A stretch of 64,000 bases of DNA, from positions 166,160,001-166,224,000 of the forward strand of contig NC_042999.1 in assembly GCF_006345805.1 (NCBI RefSeq), in the 5' to 3' direction. Shown here in pieces: positions 26,657 to 38,380 of this stretch (its first letter is position 1; every line of letters begins with the position of its first letter). The DNA is from Octopus sinensis. Lineage: Eukaryota. The notes below the pieces were generated by a model. It did no database searches and was not told the DNA's origin. It was given only the letters and a program-made list of their open reading frames with translations. The position numbers were made by a program, and so were the translations under genes.

Positions 26657-26873
26657 CCCTTTAGCATTCAAACCGGCATACCTGGCCCAAATATTCTACC
26701 TGTCTTGTGTTCAGACTGACAGATTTGGCCTCTCACAACTAACCCGCAATGTCATTCTAAAAGTAAACAAACAGATCATCAAAATCACAAAGCTACAAGA
26801 TAATGTATGATTAATTGAAAACAATGTAAATAATAATCATAACATTTGACAGAGTAATCTGAATGTGAAAGGG
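26657..26873. mobile_element. piggyBac-type MITE
   Basis: CCCTTT..CATTCA / TGAATG..AAAGGG termini. TTAA on the right and TAAA on the left. Sits inside a SINE head. Confidence 0.75.
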
Positions 26874-27036
26874 TTAAGCGCCCAACCACGCCCGCCTCAA
26901 TGCTTTCGTTGTTTGAGGCTTTATTATTAAATTTATAAACCCCAGCAATATGACGGGAAAGTCACCGAACGTGTTTATTTTACATGTCTCTAAGTTTTGA
27001 GTAGCCAAAACAAATATTGAGAATGTTCTTTGAAAT

Positions 27037-27999
27037 TGTAACGACCGTGCGAAGAGAGGTGACGAGAATGGCTTCTTAATACGTCACACGGTCGATACAA
27101 TAAATATAAAAAGGATAAATGCGTTTAAGTGCCAGAAGGAAAAGAGAGACACAACCTGGTAGAAGGTTTAAGAGAAGCTTTATTGGTATGTTGACATGTG
27201 TCACTGTGTGTGCGTCATGTGTCCATAATAATAGACAGGCCGTCATGAGAACAATGTGAATGTGTATGCATAGGCATGGATGTATGCGTGTGCGTTAAGT
27301 ACAGAACATTAGAAGAGTATAATGAGAAGATAGAAGAATGTTCAGACACAAGGATGAGAAATACCAGCTCGTAGTCAATTGTACACGATAGTTGAAATAC
27401 TGTATCAAGAAGATGCGGCGATGATGCAGAGCCGATTGAAGTGCATGTCGTACGTGAAGTGGTAGCTGTTATGCCGCTGCCTGTGTCTCCTGGTATAGGA
27501 GTTCTCGCAGGTTGTATATTCGCTGTTAATCATAGTGAGGTAATTCACGAACAGTGCTATGTTAGAACCTGTGGGAGTTGCTGGTTGCTGTGTACGTAGA
27601 GAGATGATGTTGACGTTAAGACGAATGGTGGCGACGGAGATGGAGGTCGTCGAATGTTGTTGGACGAAGTTGATGTGGCTGATGTTGTGTTGTCGTTGGA
27701 ACAGGCTGTGTCCTGTGTGGTCAGTGGCTAGACCTTAAAAGGTCTGGGACCAAAGACAATCGAGACGGTGTGAAACTGGAATTTTTATAGGGAGCAGTCG
27801 GCTCAAACTGGGGTTTGGAGCAGACTGTCTCACATGAACTCATTTGAAGGCTGCGACTGGTTGGGTTGCATATTGGCGAGCGATAGAAGAGACAAATTGA
27901 ACCAATACCAACCAATCAGAGTAGTGGACACAACAGGGTCCAGAATGCGGCCATAGACTAGCTGTTATCTACTACGTCCGTATTTATGTATATATAACA
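27037..27999 (-). mobile_element. Solo LTR-like element
   Basis: TGT..ACA termini. Minus-sense CCAAT boxes, CTATAAAA and AATAAA. Homologous to 14040-14560. No TSD found. Confidence 0.6.
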
Positions 28000-28975
28000 G
28001 AGAGGAGAGGAATTTCCCTCAAGTGTCTGCTACACCTCGCTTACATTCTTACGTGATAATTTGCTTGTGTTTACCGTGAAGGTTAGTTGTTAAATTGTTG
28101 CCTGCTTATTGTTACATTGTGCTTGTTGGTTTCCCGTAAGGGAAACGTTGTTAAAATTCTTGTCTGCATTTATATAGTGAAATTGTGTTACTGCTTGCGG
28201 TTTGAACCGCGTCCCCTTTTGAAACAAAAATTTTTGAATTTTTGAATATTAAAAAAAAATATTATTAAAAAAATGTGTTCTGTAGAAGAACAAAATAGAA
28301 AGAAAATGAATTTTGCCGCCGCTGTTGGTGGACGTAAAACTATCACATTAAAAATGGAAGACATACAAGCCTATTATGGAATGATTACTGAAGAAAACGG
28401 CGAGAGCAAGATAACATCACCAAATGAAATACGGAACAAAAGAAAAGATTAGAGTTTTTTGAAGAAAGGACAATTGAAAGGTGTCTCGGGCCGGTGATGA
28501 ACGAAACAAAGTACCTAGCCCGAGGCACAAGGTATGCCACCATTAAAGCAAGGTTCGAGTCGATTGAGAAAGCAAGGGAGTTCTCAACTCGAATCTTGCA
28601 ATGTGGTTACGTCATGCTGCTGCCTCTATATCTGGGACGCAGAACGTTCTGGATAAAAAACAAGAACATCTCCCTGGAGGTGGAGGTGGCATGGATCGTT
28701 TCCACACTCCTCTACAAAAGAGAGGACAAGATAAATATCATTGGGATCTCCAGAGACGCTCCACAGAATCGACGGGGGTCAATCTCTGGAGATCCTGGCA
28801 CAAGCAACTAGCAGTATTTTATTAATTTTTAATTTTTATTTGTATACATTTTTATATTCATCATTTCATTCGAATTTTTCATTTCATCTCAACCCAAACG
28901 ATTTTGTAAGAATGTAAGTGTTCGTCCTTTGTAATGTCCCTCTATGCACACCTTTTATAGGCAAATAAAGAAAAA
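28000..28975 (+). mobile_element. Tx1/L1-like ORF1 fragment joined to a LINE-like 3' UTR
   Basis: MCSVEEQNRKKMNFAAAVGG (28273), then a shifted frame ..RYATIKARFESIEKA..MLLPLYLGRRT.., resembling non-LTR ORF1 RRM regions. T-rich 3' part with AATAAA near 28965. Confidence 0.45.
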
Positions 28976-29374
28976 GTGTCCGCTACAAAATCCATCCAGA
29001 GTCGATTTTATGTTTCACCTTTCCGAGATTTATTAAATATGTACACTTGTTATTGACCCCCATGTTAACCTTGATCAAACAAACCTATAATCAAAGGCAT
29101 TTCCAGTTGTGACCATCCTGTAATATTTTAAAGACACAACATATATAGTTTTTTGTTTTTCCTTCAGGACAATTGGGTATATTAGGAAGGAGATTTAACT
29201 GCTGTTTCTAGCATGTTGAGCGACTACAAAGAGATTACCCCAGTACTCATAATATACTGTTCACGATGAAAGCGGAGCCTCTCCTCAAATTTATATTCTA
29301 CGTAAATTTTTAGACATCTCTTTTAAATTTATGAATCCTTGATGGATAAAAAGTACATGAAATTCAATAAAGAA

Positions 29375-29612
29375 GCGTTATTATTATGTTTCTTTACTAC
29401 CCACAAGGGCCTAAACACAGAGGGGACAAACAATGACAGACAAACGAATTAAGTCGATTACATCGACCCCAGTGCGTAACTGGTACTTAATTAATCGACC
29501 CCGAAAGGATGAAAGGCAAAGTCGACCTCGGCGGAATTTGAACTCAGAACGTAGACGAAATACGGCTACGCATTTCGCCCGGCGTGCTAACGGTTCTGCC
29601 AGCTCGCCGCCT
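29375..29612 (-). mobile_element. SINE family A
   Basis: Near-identical reverse complement of 49476-49700. Confidence 0.9.
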
Positions 29613-30018
29613 TTATATCAGAAAGATGGAAGAGTTGGTAGCGCACCAGAAGAAATGCCATTTGATATTTATTTAGCTTCTAGGTTGTAATCTCATTGTA
29701 TTTATATTTCGTAACTCCAGCTTCGATAAAAATTTTTTTTAAATGGAGAAATATACTGAAAATTAATTTGATTAATTATATATCACTTTTATATATCTTC
29801 GGTATTATTATGATGAAGGTGTAGGAAGAATCTCTTGGATCAGTCGCTGGAAGCTTGAATATAACTCTATACTTTAAATACGGGTTTTGTTTTATTCTAC
29901 AATCTTTCAGATTAGTCGATAGTGGCCCTGCCTATAAAACACAATATGCAATGTTTAGCTTCCGGTTCAGAGGAAAGAAGTATCCGGTTGATAATCAACG
30001 AAAAAGTACAGGGTGTCA

Positions 30019-30322
30019 GGGCGCGTGCTTAGTGGTTAGGATTCGGCTCATGATCGTAAGGTTGTGATTCGATTCCCGCGACGCGTTGTGTCCTTGAGCA
30101 AGACACTTTATTTCACGTTGCTCCAGTCCACTCAGCTGGCAAAAATGAGTTGTACTTGTATTTCAAAGGTCAGCCTTGTCACATTGTGTCACGCTGATTA
30201 TCCCCGAGAACTACTTTAAGGGTACACGTGTTGTGGAATGCTCAGCTATTGCACGTTATTTCACGAGCAAGCTGTTCCGTTGATCGTATCAGCTGGGACC
30301 CTCGTCGTCGTAACCGGCGGAT
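30019..30322 (+). mobile_element. tRNA-derived SINE
   Basis: A/B-box-like head (CTTAGTGGTT, GATTCGATTCC) and central GTGTCCTTGAGCAAGACACTT box. Confidence 0.85.
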
Positions 30323-30328
30323 CTTTAG

Positions 30329-30554
30329 ACAGGGTGTCAATAAATTATCCTTACAATTTGAAAAATTCAGAAGAAAAAATGATAAGGTTAACTCAGCAAG
30401 TTGCATGCAACCAATGGAACGCAGGTGGAAATGTTCCGTTAAAACTCTATTTGCTTGTTCTTTTCCAATAAATTCTGCTGAGAATTCCTTTTCTCTCTCT
30501 CTCTCTTTTTTTCTGAATTTTTCAAATTGTAAAGGTAATTTATTGACACCCTGT
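30329..30554. mobile_element. Tc1/mariner-type MITE
   Basis: About 45-bp TIRs CAGGGTGTCAATAAATTA..TTACAATTTGAAAAATTCAGAA and the reverse complement. TA TSD not preserved. Confidence 0.8.
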
Positions 30555-32053
30555 TCTACTGCTAGCTTGGAAACATTTTTCACCTATCCAAATTATGCTG
30601 ACATCCTTTATTTTATTATTATTTTTTGTAGAGAATGACTTTATGATAATGTTTGACGATAGAAAAATCTCGAGTTGATTTTCAACGTCAAGTATATGAG
30701 GGTACAAGGAGAAAGCTGTGGATGGCCGAATCATGAGAACGGTAGACAATATATTTTGAGGAATTTAGTTATATCCCTCGACAATCCGAGTTCGGAATCG
30801 ACTGGCAGCGTTAAATATATACTGGATCAATTAAATCGCTTTATACCATCTCCCGTTTTATCTATTGTTAGAAATCCTTATATTGACAAGGAATAGGACA
30901 CTCAATGGTACGATTAAATAAAGAAAGCTTAGAAAATGTTGACAACAAATTATTCAAACTGGAATAAGATAGTTTGTTGTGTGGAGAGAGTGGGACCTTT
31001 TACTTTTGATGAAGAATAATGGGTTTCTAATATGTTGTAATGTCTGTTGTTGTTGTTGATGATGATGATGATGTTGTTTTGTTTCAAGTTAGCTGTTCTA
31101 AGGCAATGTGATCAAAAACATTCCAGCCGTGATCATCCCATATTTTTAAAAATATATAGCGTTACGTTATATAACACGCCACTTATTTAAGATGAAGTGG
31201 TGTGATTTTAGGTTTTTAAGCGGCCACTTAGAGTTTATGGACAAGTTCAATCTCAATCGCAATGAGGCGGTATTGTTGTACACATGGAATGGAATTTTCA
31301 AAGCTAAAAATGTAAGGGAATTTTTTCAGCGATTCTTTTAGCTATTATTAGCCAATTGGATAAGATCTTGACGAAATATGTGAGAACATTTCCTTCCATT
31401 TTGTTACAGTGAAAAGAAATGGGTGTAGCTTGGTTAGATACACATAACAGATAACATTTCAAAACAGGTCTCAGCAATTTACATTTCTTCACAATGGTCG
31501 ACATTTTTACCTCTTTATTTTCGACTTTTGTCCATTTCCTGACTACTATCAGCTGTCAATTTGAATGGTGGTTATTATTACGTAGCATTTGACAGCTTAC
31601 AAAGAAGGTAGCTGGCTGTTTGAAGGAGAACAGTTGAAGGTTTCATTTGCGAAATAACAGAAGTTGAATAAAGAAATATTGGAAGTATTCATCAACGCCC
31701 ATCCCACCCGCCTTTTATTTCTATTCTTTTTTACCATTATTATTTTTTTTGTTTGTTTGGTGCTTTGTTAAAGGAAACACATTTTATGGACGCCAAGGAA
31801 GAAAAGTTATTTGTGTTACACTTTTGAAGGAAGTATGTGATCTGTGTACTTCCACAAAATTCCTTCCTCTCTTCCCGTTATTCTTGACTCATATATATAT
31901 ACATACGAACACGTACACACATTACCAGAATATGTATTCACATGCGTACATGCTCGCGTGTGTGTAACTATGTATCCAAGTTCATTCACTCTTTGTCCTC
32001 CATTCTTCTACCATTATTCTTCAATTTCTTCCAATATGCACACATCGCGCGCG

Positions 32054-32104
<51 letters not shown>

Positions 32105-32631
32105 GCAGGCATGCACAAGCATACACACACACATGCGCGCGCAAATATATGACTGTATATGTAAATGTAAGTAGATAAAAAATAGTCCCCGTATTCCTAC
32201 TCGAGGTGAATCTATAAGTCATTACGAAACAATTAACTTTACAATATCTACTATAAAATTGTTATAGCAGGAGTCATTCATACATTTAGTAGACATATTT
32301 AGAGTGGCTATGAAAGTGAGGTCCGTAGTTACCAGTTAAACCACAGTACTTTCAAATGAATAAATTCCTAGTTCACTAGTTTCGTTTTTCATTAAAGACT
32401 TATCAGTGTAAATATTTTATTTTTATCTTCCTAACTGGAAAGTAAATATTGTCTATAGAACTGATTATTTGCTTAGACTGATAATTAAAAAAAAAAACCT
32501 TTGCACCATGAACGGTAGACAGTTTCTGCGGTCTACAACTCCATGGCTGCAATCTTCAGTTTCGTGAGAATATTTACTCGATTATCCACATTGATAGTAC
32601 ATCAATTCTATGCATTATCAAAAATATATTA

Positions 32632-33025
32632 TCTTTATATATAAAAGTGAGGTTGTGTGCTGTCTGTCTCCTACGATTTAGACTCCTAACTACTCCCACA
32701 TTTTGCGGGGCAGTTTAACCAAAACCGGGTATCTTATAGTCGTGATTCATGTCGAGCCCTTCTGGGTATTAGCGTGCGTCTACGATGAGTCTACGATTTA
32801 AAAAAAAATTACCATAAATTTTTCCCATTTTAATGCATTTTTGGCATATATAAGGGAAGTAACTCCCTAAAAATTTATTATTAAATCTCAGAACATAAAA
32901 GGCTACAGTAACACCCCCCCCTTGTGGTTAGCCATATTGAGATGGCTATTATACTTTACATCTCTAAAAATGCTTATATAGTTATTTCCCTTACAAACCC
33001 GAGCAACGCCGGGCGATACTGCTAG
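32632..33025 (+). mobile_element. Non-autonomous Helitron
   Basis: A|TCTTTATATATAA 5' end. 3' hairpin CCCGAGCAACGCCGGG, then CTAG|T. Confidence 0.9.
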
Positions 33026-33053
33026 TCAAAAATATACGAAAGTGAATGAACAC

Positions 33054-33221
33054 AGGCGTGGCTGTGTGGTAAGAAGCTTGCTTCCCAACCACATGGTTCT
33101 GGGTTCAGTCCCACTGAGTGGCACTTTGAACAAGTGTCTTCTACAATAGCCTCAGGCTAACCGAAGCCTTGTGAGTGGATTTGGTAGGCGGAGACTGAAA
33201 GAGACCCGTCGTGTGCGTCTA

Positions 33222-33262
<41 letters not shown>

Positions 33263-33307
33263 GTGTGTATGTGTATGTGTGTGTATGTGTGTGTGTATGT
33301 GTGTGTG
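33054..33307 (+). mobile_element. tRNA-derived SINE head (family C) plus (TG)n
   Basis: GGCGTGGCTGTGTGGT A box, GGTTCAGTCCC B box. Matches the reverse complement of 62950-63110. Confidence 0.85.
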
Positions 33308-34955
33308 TGTAACGATGAAAATTTATTTTGTATCGGTTGGAAACAATAATATGGAACATCGGAGTCGTAAGGATTGGTTCTTCGCTGATTGCCATTATGT
33401 AAAGATGAAAGAACAGTGATTGAAGTTGTGAAGAAAGTATTTATTTACCATAAATTGTATATAATACCTTGCCTCGATGGGCAGGTGATAAAATAGAAAA
33501 GCATGCGAGGTAAAAAAAGTCTGTAGTAGTAAACCATAGAGGGAGAGAGAGAGAGAGAGATGGTAATGTACAGAGAAGAGAGAGTGTGGGAAGTTGGATC
33601 TTGTATAATCGCTGATTCTAAATTTCTTTTTCCCTCTGGCCGTTCGTCTTCTGCCTGCTTGTGGCCATGATTCTAGTGGTCGGTTCACTAACTGATGTTA
33701 GCTCTCTCTCAAGTCACGAGTTGTCACCAACAGACTGAGTTATCACCAAGGGACTAAATTATTTCTTTATTTGTCAATGAATGACATACAGAGAGAGGAC
33801 AATACAAGACAACACAAAACATTTAGGTTTAGGAGTTATAACTTAACGGCAATCGGAATATGAAATCGGAAATAGGAAATCGAATGGTATAATGAAATCG
33901 AGAATCATAAAAATTTCTGTGATTATATTTTCGGGTCCGTGTTGTTTTCCTTTTTCTGCTTATTACTCTTCCTTTCTGATTAGACCGGCTACACTAGCAC
34001 GGCCCCATTCGCTCTCAACTTCATTACAACATTCCTCCATCTTTTCACAATCCTACTTCGAGGCAGGCACCTCTTCTCCCGGCTAATCTTTTTAGATAGG
34101 TGGTTGGTAAAAAGGCCAACCAATCCACGTCCAGATATGAAGTTACCTGCCCCCGTTCCTCTTCCACGCGTCATCCATACTGTTTCTTTCAATATGGCTA
34201 CAACGCAGAAAAATGACGCCTCCTTTTCCTTGTTAAAAGAGGGAGGCGACACAATATTAATGATAGACTCAGTCGATAACCGTACTCTTTCCGCATCCGA
34301 CACCATTTGTTCGACATAGGTTATCAGTTCCCTTAATCCCTCCCAAAGTACGAAGGCGTGCGTGACAGTTTCACACACAACCTCTCTCGAACTGACAAGG
34401 TCGATCGGTAGCACAACCAGGCCAGCGATTTCTGGAAGTTGTCCAAATACCTCGGCCCGAATGTTCTTCCGAACAGGTTGACAAGCATGTTCCTCATCGA
34501 AGCCCAGAGTCTTCCCCAGGACGTCGTCGGACATGCTCTACTAACCCGCTATAGAAATCCGTAGTGGTAACTCCGCTACCGGTATTGCTCGCCCGGGAGA
34601 AGAGAGTGAGTGCCTTTCTGCACTCCCTCTGCCATACACTCTCCACGTGTTCCATGATTTTTGCTTGTGAGTTCTTGTTTTTATAACTATCCAAAAGGAT
34701 AGACATATCGTTGAGAACAATGGATTTATTTGGTGGTACTTGTTATCCTAATTCTAGCTTTTGGTGGTCTAGGAGAGGTTAGAAAAATCAAATGGTGAAG
34801 ACATTATTTCGGCCTAGCTAAGGCAATCTGGCAAATGTAAAACTGCTGTTACAGAAAAACTATTGTTTTACTGTGAGAAAATTTCTGTTGAGGTGTTACT
34901 TGAAATTTGGCTATGGTGGATCGAATTCCACTTCATGCCTGCAAGATCCACAACA
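33308..34955 (-). mobile_element. LTR-like element with 1-kb internal insert
   Basis: TGT..ACA termini. 33410-33640 and 34675-34955 are homologous to 47700-47955 and 48016-48289. About 33650-34675 is absent from the second copy. Confidence 0.7.
33989..34534 (-). CDS. Hypothetical 181-aa protein inside LTR-like element
   Basis: Non-repetitive ATG-started ORF. Overlaps an upstream 53-aa ORF (34655-34494) in another frame. No motif recognised. Confidence 0.3.
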   Translation of the reverse strand: MSDDVLGKTLGFDEEHACQPVRKNIRAEVFGQLPEIAGLVVLPIDLVSSREVVCETVTHAFVLWEGLRELITYVEQMVSDAERVRLSTESIINIVSPPSFNKEKEASFFCVVAILKETVWMTRGRGTGAGNFISGRGLVGLFTNHLSKKISREKRCLPRSRIVKRWRNVVMKLRANGAVLV

Positions 34956-35044
34956 TGGTACATACATACATACATACGCGCGCGCGCGCGCGCACGCACA
35001 CACCACACACACACACACACACATTTATGCGACGGGTTTCCGCC

Positions 35045-35282
35045 TGTTATATAATCATCACAACAAACATGAACAATCAACGTCGCCCATTGTCTCCCTT
35101 GATAAAAGGACTTTCACTTTGTTTCCCACCAAAACAATTAACTTGTACAACAACGGCAGTCGAATAAAGTATCTTGTATCGTTAACACGTTGTTTCAGTC
35201 TCTCTCATTTTCTTAATCTTTCATACTAAGTACTCACTACTTCCTTTAATACTCAATACATTATATATATATAACAACAACA
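35045..35282 (+). repeat. 5' LTR
   Basis: TGTTAT...ACAACA. Differs from the 3' LTR at 2 positions. Confidence 0.98.
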
Positions 35283-35293
35283 TGGTGTCAGAA
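35283..35293 (+). promoter_or_regulatory. Primer binding site (tRNA-Leu type)
   Basis: TGGTGTCAGAA immediately after the LTR. Complementary to the ..TTCTGACACCA 3' end of tRNA-Leu(CAG/CAA). Confidence 0.8.
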
Positions 35294-35360
35294 TACTAAA
35301 AGAACCCAAAATACAGAAACCAAAGGAAAAAAGAAGTTGAAATCATACTTCAAAGACGAA

Positions 35361-36788
35361 ATGGAAAATTTACCGCATCCAAAAGACCTAGACTTTAATC
35401 AGGAAAATCTAGCCGCAGCATGGAAAAAGTGGAAAAAAGAATTCAATCTCTTTTTGATAGCAACAGAAAGTGACATGAAGCCAGACAAAGTAAAAACTTC
35501 AATGTTTTTAACTTGCATCGGTTCCAAAGGCCGAGATATCCATTCCACTCTGGATTTCGATTCACCCGACGAAGAAATGAACCTTCAGACAGTAATCGAA
35601 AAATTCGATGCATATTGTGAACCCAGGAAAAACATAACTTTCCTAAGACACAAATTCTTCACATGTGGACAAGCGGAACATCAAAAATTCGATGAGTACG
35701 TAGTAGAGTTGCGCCAAAAGGCACAACAGTGCGAATTCGGCAACCTCACAGACAGTCTCACCAAAGATATTCTGATATGTGGAATCAGAGACATGAGATT
35801 AAGAGAAAGATTATTGAGAGAACCAAATTTAGACCTACAAAAAACAATTCAAGCAGGTCAGAGTGCAGAGCAAACACGACTCCAATCAAGGATGCTAAAT
35901 GCCACATCCGAAACAAGAGATAACGAAATCTCGAGGGTATATAGTCAACACGACAGAAAAGGCGCCAAAACTCAAATAACCCGCCATATGCAATCCAGAC
36001 ATCAAAACGAACGAGGCGGAAGTGACAGAAAGCCCGCGAAGTTTCAAGCGCCAAGTCAACACTACGTCACTAACTGTCACTATTGTGGTTATAATCACAA
36101 AAGAAATAAATGCCCAGCATTTCACAAGACATGTGAAAAATGCAAGAAACAAGGACACTATGCAAAAATGTGCAAATCAAGAAAATTTGTACATAAAGTA
36201 GAGATACATACCGACGATGAATCAGATGACGATACACATGCACTCGAAATGATCACTGCAAATAATTCCCGCGTGCACAAAATCGAAAAGTTCAAGACTC
36301 CAAAAGACATTTGGACGGTCGAACTAAAAGTGAACAACTCGAATGTAACATTCAAAATAGATACAGGAGCAGACGTAACCGTACTGCCATTCAGAGAATA
36401 TAGAAATATAATTCCAAAACCACAACTGCAAAAAACTTCAACTCGATTATCAGCTTATAATAACACAGCTATAAAAGTGCTAGGAAAATGCACAGCAGTC
36501 ATTAAATACAAAGAATTATCAAAGCAAATAAAATTCATTGTTGCAAAAACAAACTCGCACGCAGTTATAGATGCAAAGACAGCTAAAGATCTGAACCTGA
36601 TTCAGAGAATTTCAAAAATAAATTCGTCGAACACAAACGACATATTAGAAAAATATGAAGACTGTTTCGGAGAAATCGGCACTTTGTCAATAACACATCA
36701 TATCACAGTGGATCCACAAATAACTCCTGTAATTCATCCACCAAGATCGGTTCCTTTTTCTATAAAAGAAAAACTCAACAAGAATTAA
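35361..36788 (+). CDS. gag: Gag (two CCHC-type knuckles) and aspartic protease
   Basis: ATG at 35361. CHYCGYNH..C and CEKCKKQGHYAKMC. Protease FKIDTGADVTVL. The frame ends at a 1-nt deletion near 36778. Confidence 0.95.
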   Translation: MENLPHPKDLDFNQENLAAAWKKWKKEFNLFLIATESDMKPDKVKTSMFLTCIGSKGRDIHSTLDFDSPDEEMNLQTVIEKFDAYCEPRKNITFLRHKFFTCGQAEHQKFDEYVVELRQKAQQCEFGNLTDSLTKDILICGIRDMRLRERLLREPNLDLQKTIQAGQSAEQTRLQSRMLNATSETRDNEISRVYSQHDRKGAKTQITRHMQSRHQNERGGSDRKPAKFQAPSQHYVTNCHYCGYNHKRNKCPAFHKTCEKCKKQGHYAKMCKSRKFVHKVEIHTDDESDDDTHALEMITANNSRVHKIEKFKTPKDIWTVELKVNNSNVTFKIDTGADVTVLPFREYRNIIPKPQLQKTSTRLSAYNNTAIKVLGKCTAVIKYKELSKQIKFIVAKTNSHAVIDAKTAKDLNLIQRISKINSSNTNDILEKYEDCFGEIGTLSITHHITVDPQITPVIHPPRSVPFSIKEKLNKN

Positions 36789-36793
36789 AAAGA

Positions 36794-38380
36794 ATGACAG
36801 AATTAGATATCATAAAACCTGTTAGTGAACCTACAGACTGGGTAAATTCCCTAGTCATCGTTGAAAAAGCCAACGGAAAACTCCGACTCTGTTTAGACCC
36901 CAAGAATCTAAACAAAGCCATAAAAAGGCAACATTTCAAACTCCCTACAGCGGAGGACATTTTTGCACAAATGCATAACCCTAAATATTTTTCAAAACTC
37001 GATGCATCTAATGGATACTGGCAAATTCCAGTTGACGAAGAAAGCTCCCATCTTTTAACGTTCAACACACCTTTTGGAAGGTATCGCTTCACACGACTAC
37101 CCTTTGGAATTCACAGCGCCAGTGAAGTTTTCCAAAAAGAAATTTCAAAAATAATAGAGGGCATAGAAGGAGCAAGAAATTCACAGGATGACATCATAAT
37201 CTGGTCCAACACTTTAGAAGAACACACAAATAGACTACAACAAGTTTTCGATCGAATCCGAAAGCACGGATTAAAGTTAAATAAATCAAAGTGTATCTTC
37301 TATGAATCACAAATCAAGTACCTTGGGCATATATTAACCAGCGAAGGGATAAAACAAAATCCAACCAAGGTACAAGCAATCATTCACATGCCACTGCCAA
37401 CAAGTAAAAAAGAATTACAAAGATTCCTAGGTATGACAAATTACCTATGTAAATTTTTATCTAATTACTCCGAAGTCACAGCATCATTGCGCCAGCTTCT
37501 ACAGAGTGACACGTTATGGTCATTCGACAAACCACAAATCGAAGCAATAAAAAAGCTAAAAGAAATGATTACCAGAAAACCAGTGCTACAATTTTATGAT
37601 CCAGATCTACCAATAAAAATAACTACAGATGCTAGTAAGCATGGGCTCGGAGCGATACTTGAGCAGAAACACAACGAAAGATGGCTACCTGTTTCGTTTG
37701 CATCTCGTGCAACAACTCAAGCGGAACAAAACTACTGTCCGATAGAGAGCGAAGCTCTCAGTATAGTTTTCGCATGCAAGAAATTTCATCAGTTTATATA
37801 CGGAACTCATTTCAGAATCGAAAATGACCATAAACCGTTGAAGCAAATATTCAAAAAATCGATCACTAAATGCCCCCCCCCCAGAATCCAAAGATTTCTA
37901 CTAACATTACAAAAATATGATTTTGACCTAAACCACATACCTGGTAAAGAATCAATTGTTGCAGATACCCTATCACGTGCATACCTTGAGCAAAATACTC
38001 CAGAAGTATCAGACGAAGATATGAAATCGCACATTCATGCAGTAATAAAAAATTACCCCATAACCGACACTAAATTAAAAGAGTATAAAGAAGCCACTGC
38101 AGACGACCCGTCTCTACAGACACTCGTCACATATACAAGAACAGAATGGCCCCCAAAAGACAAAATACCAATAAACATCAAACCATTCGTATCCGTTCGT
38201 GATGAAATATCAATCGTCAATGGTCTCGTTCTAAAAGGTTCAAGAATAATTGTACCTAAGTCATTACGTAGAGAAGCTCTACAGGAAATACATACCGGAC
38301 ACATGGGTATCGAAAAATGCATAGAGAGAGCGAAGGAATGTATATACTGGCCCGGATTAACGCTCAAATCAAAGACATGA
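36794..38380 (+). CDS. pol: Reverse transcriptase and RNase H
   Basis: LRLCLDPKNLN, FSKLDASNGYWQ, LPFGI, NSQDDIIIW, YLGHI. RNase H TDASKHGLG, ESEAL, NDHKPL, ADTLSR. Start of integrase HHCC. Confidence 0.97.
   Translation: MTELDIIKPVSEPTDWVNSLVIVEKANGKLRLCLDPKNLNKAIKRQHFKLPTAEDIFAQMHNPKYFSKLDASNGYWQIPVDEESSHLLTFNTPFGRYRFTRLPFGIHSASEVFQKEISKIIEGIEGARNSQDDIIIWSNTLEEHTNRLQQVFDRIRKHGLKLNKSKCIFYESQIKYLGHILTSEGIKQNPTKVQAIIHMPLPTSKKELQRFLGMTNYLCKFLSNYSEVTASLRQLLQSDTLWSFDKPQIEAIKKLKEMITRKPVLQFYDPDLPIKITTDASKHGLGAILEQKHNERWLPVSFASRATTQAEQNYCPIESEALSIVFACKKFHQFIYGTHFRIENDHKPLKQIFKKSITKCPPPRIQRFLLTLQKYDFDLNHIPGKESIVADTLSRAYLEQNTPEVSDEDMKSHIHAVIKNYPITDTKLKEYKEATADDPSLQTLVTYTRTEWPPKDKIPINIKPFVSVRDEISIVNGLVLKGSRIIVPKSLRREALQEIHTGHMGIEKCIERAKECIYWPGLTLKSKT

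Noticed and set aside
31304-31504. 66-aa minus ORF with AAAATG context and a nearby TGACAGCT inverted pair
   Set aside because: No recognisable domain, and alternative splice readings gave no coherent protein. Insufficient to call a gene.
32360-32415. Minus-strand CTGATAA..GAAACTAGTG hammerhead-like string
   Set aside because: G8 is changed, position 17 is G, and there is no helix I pairing.
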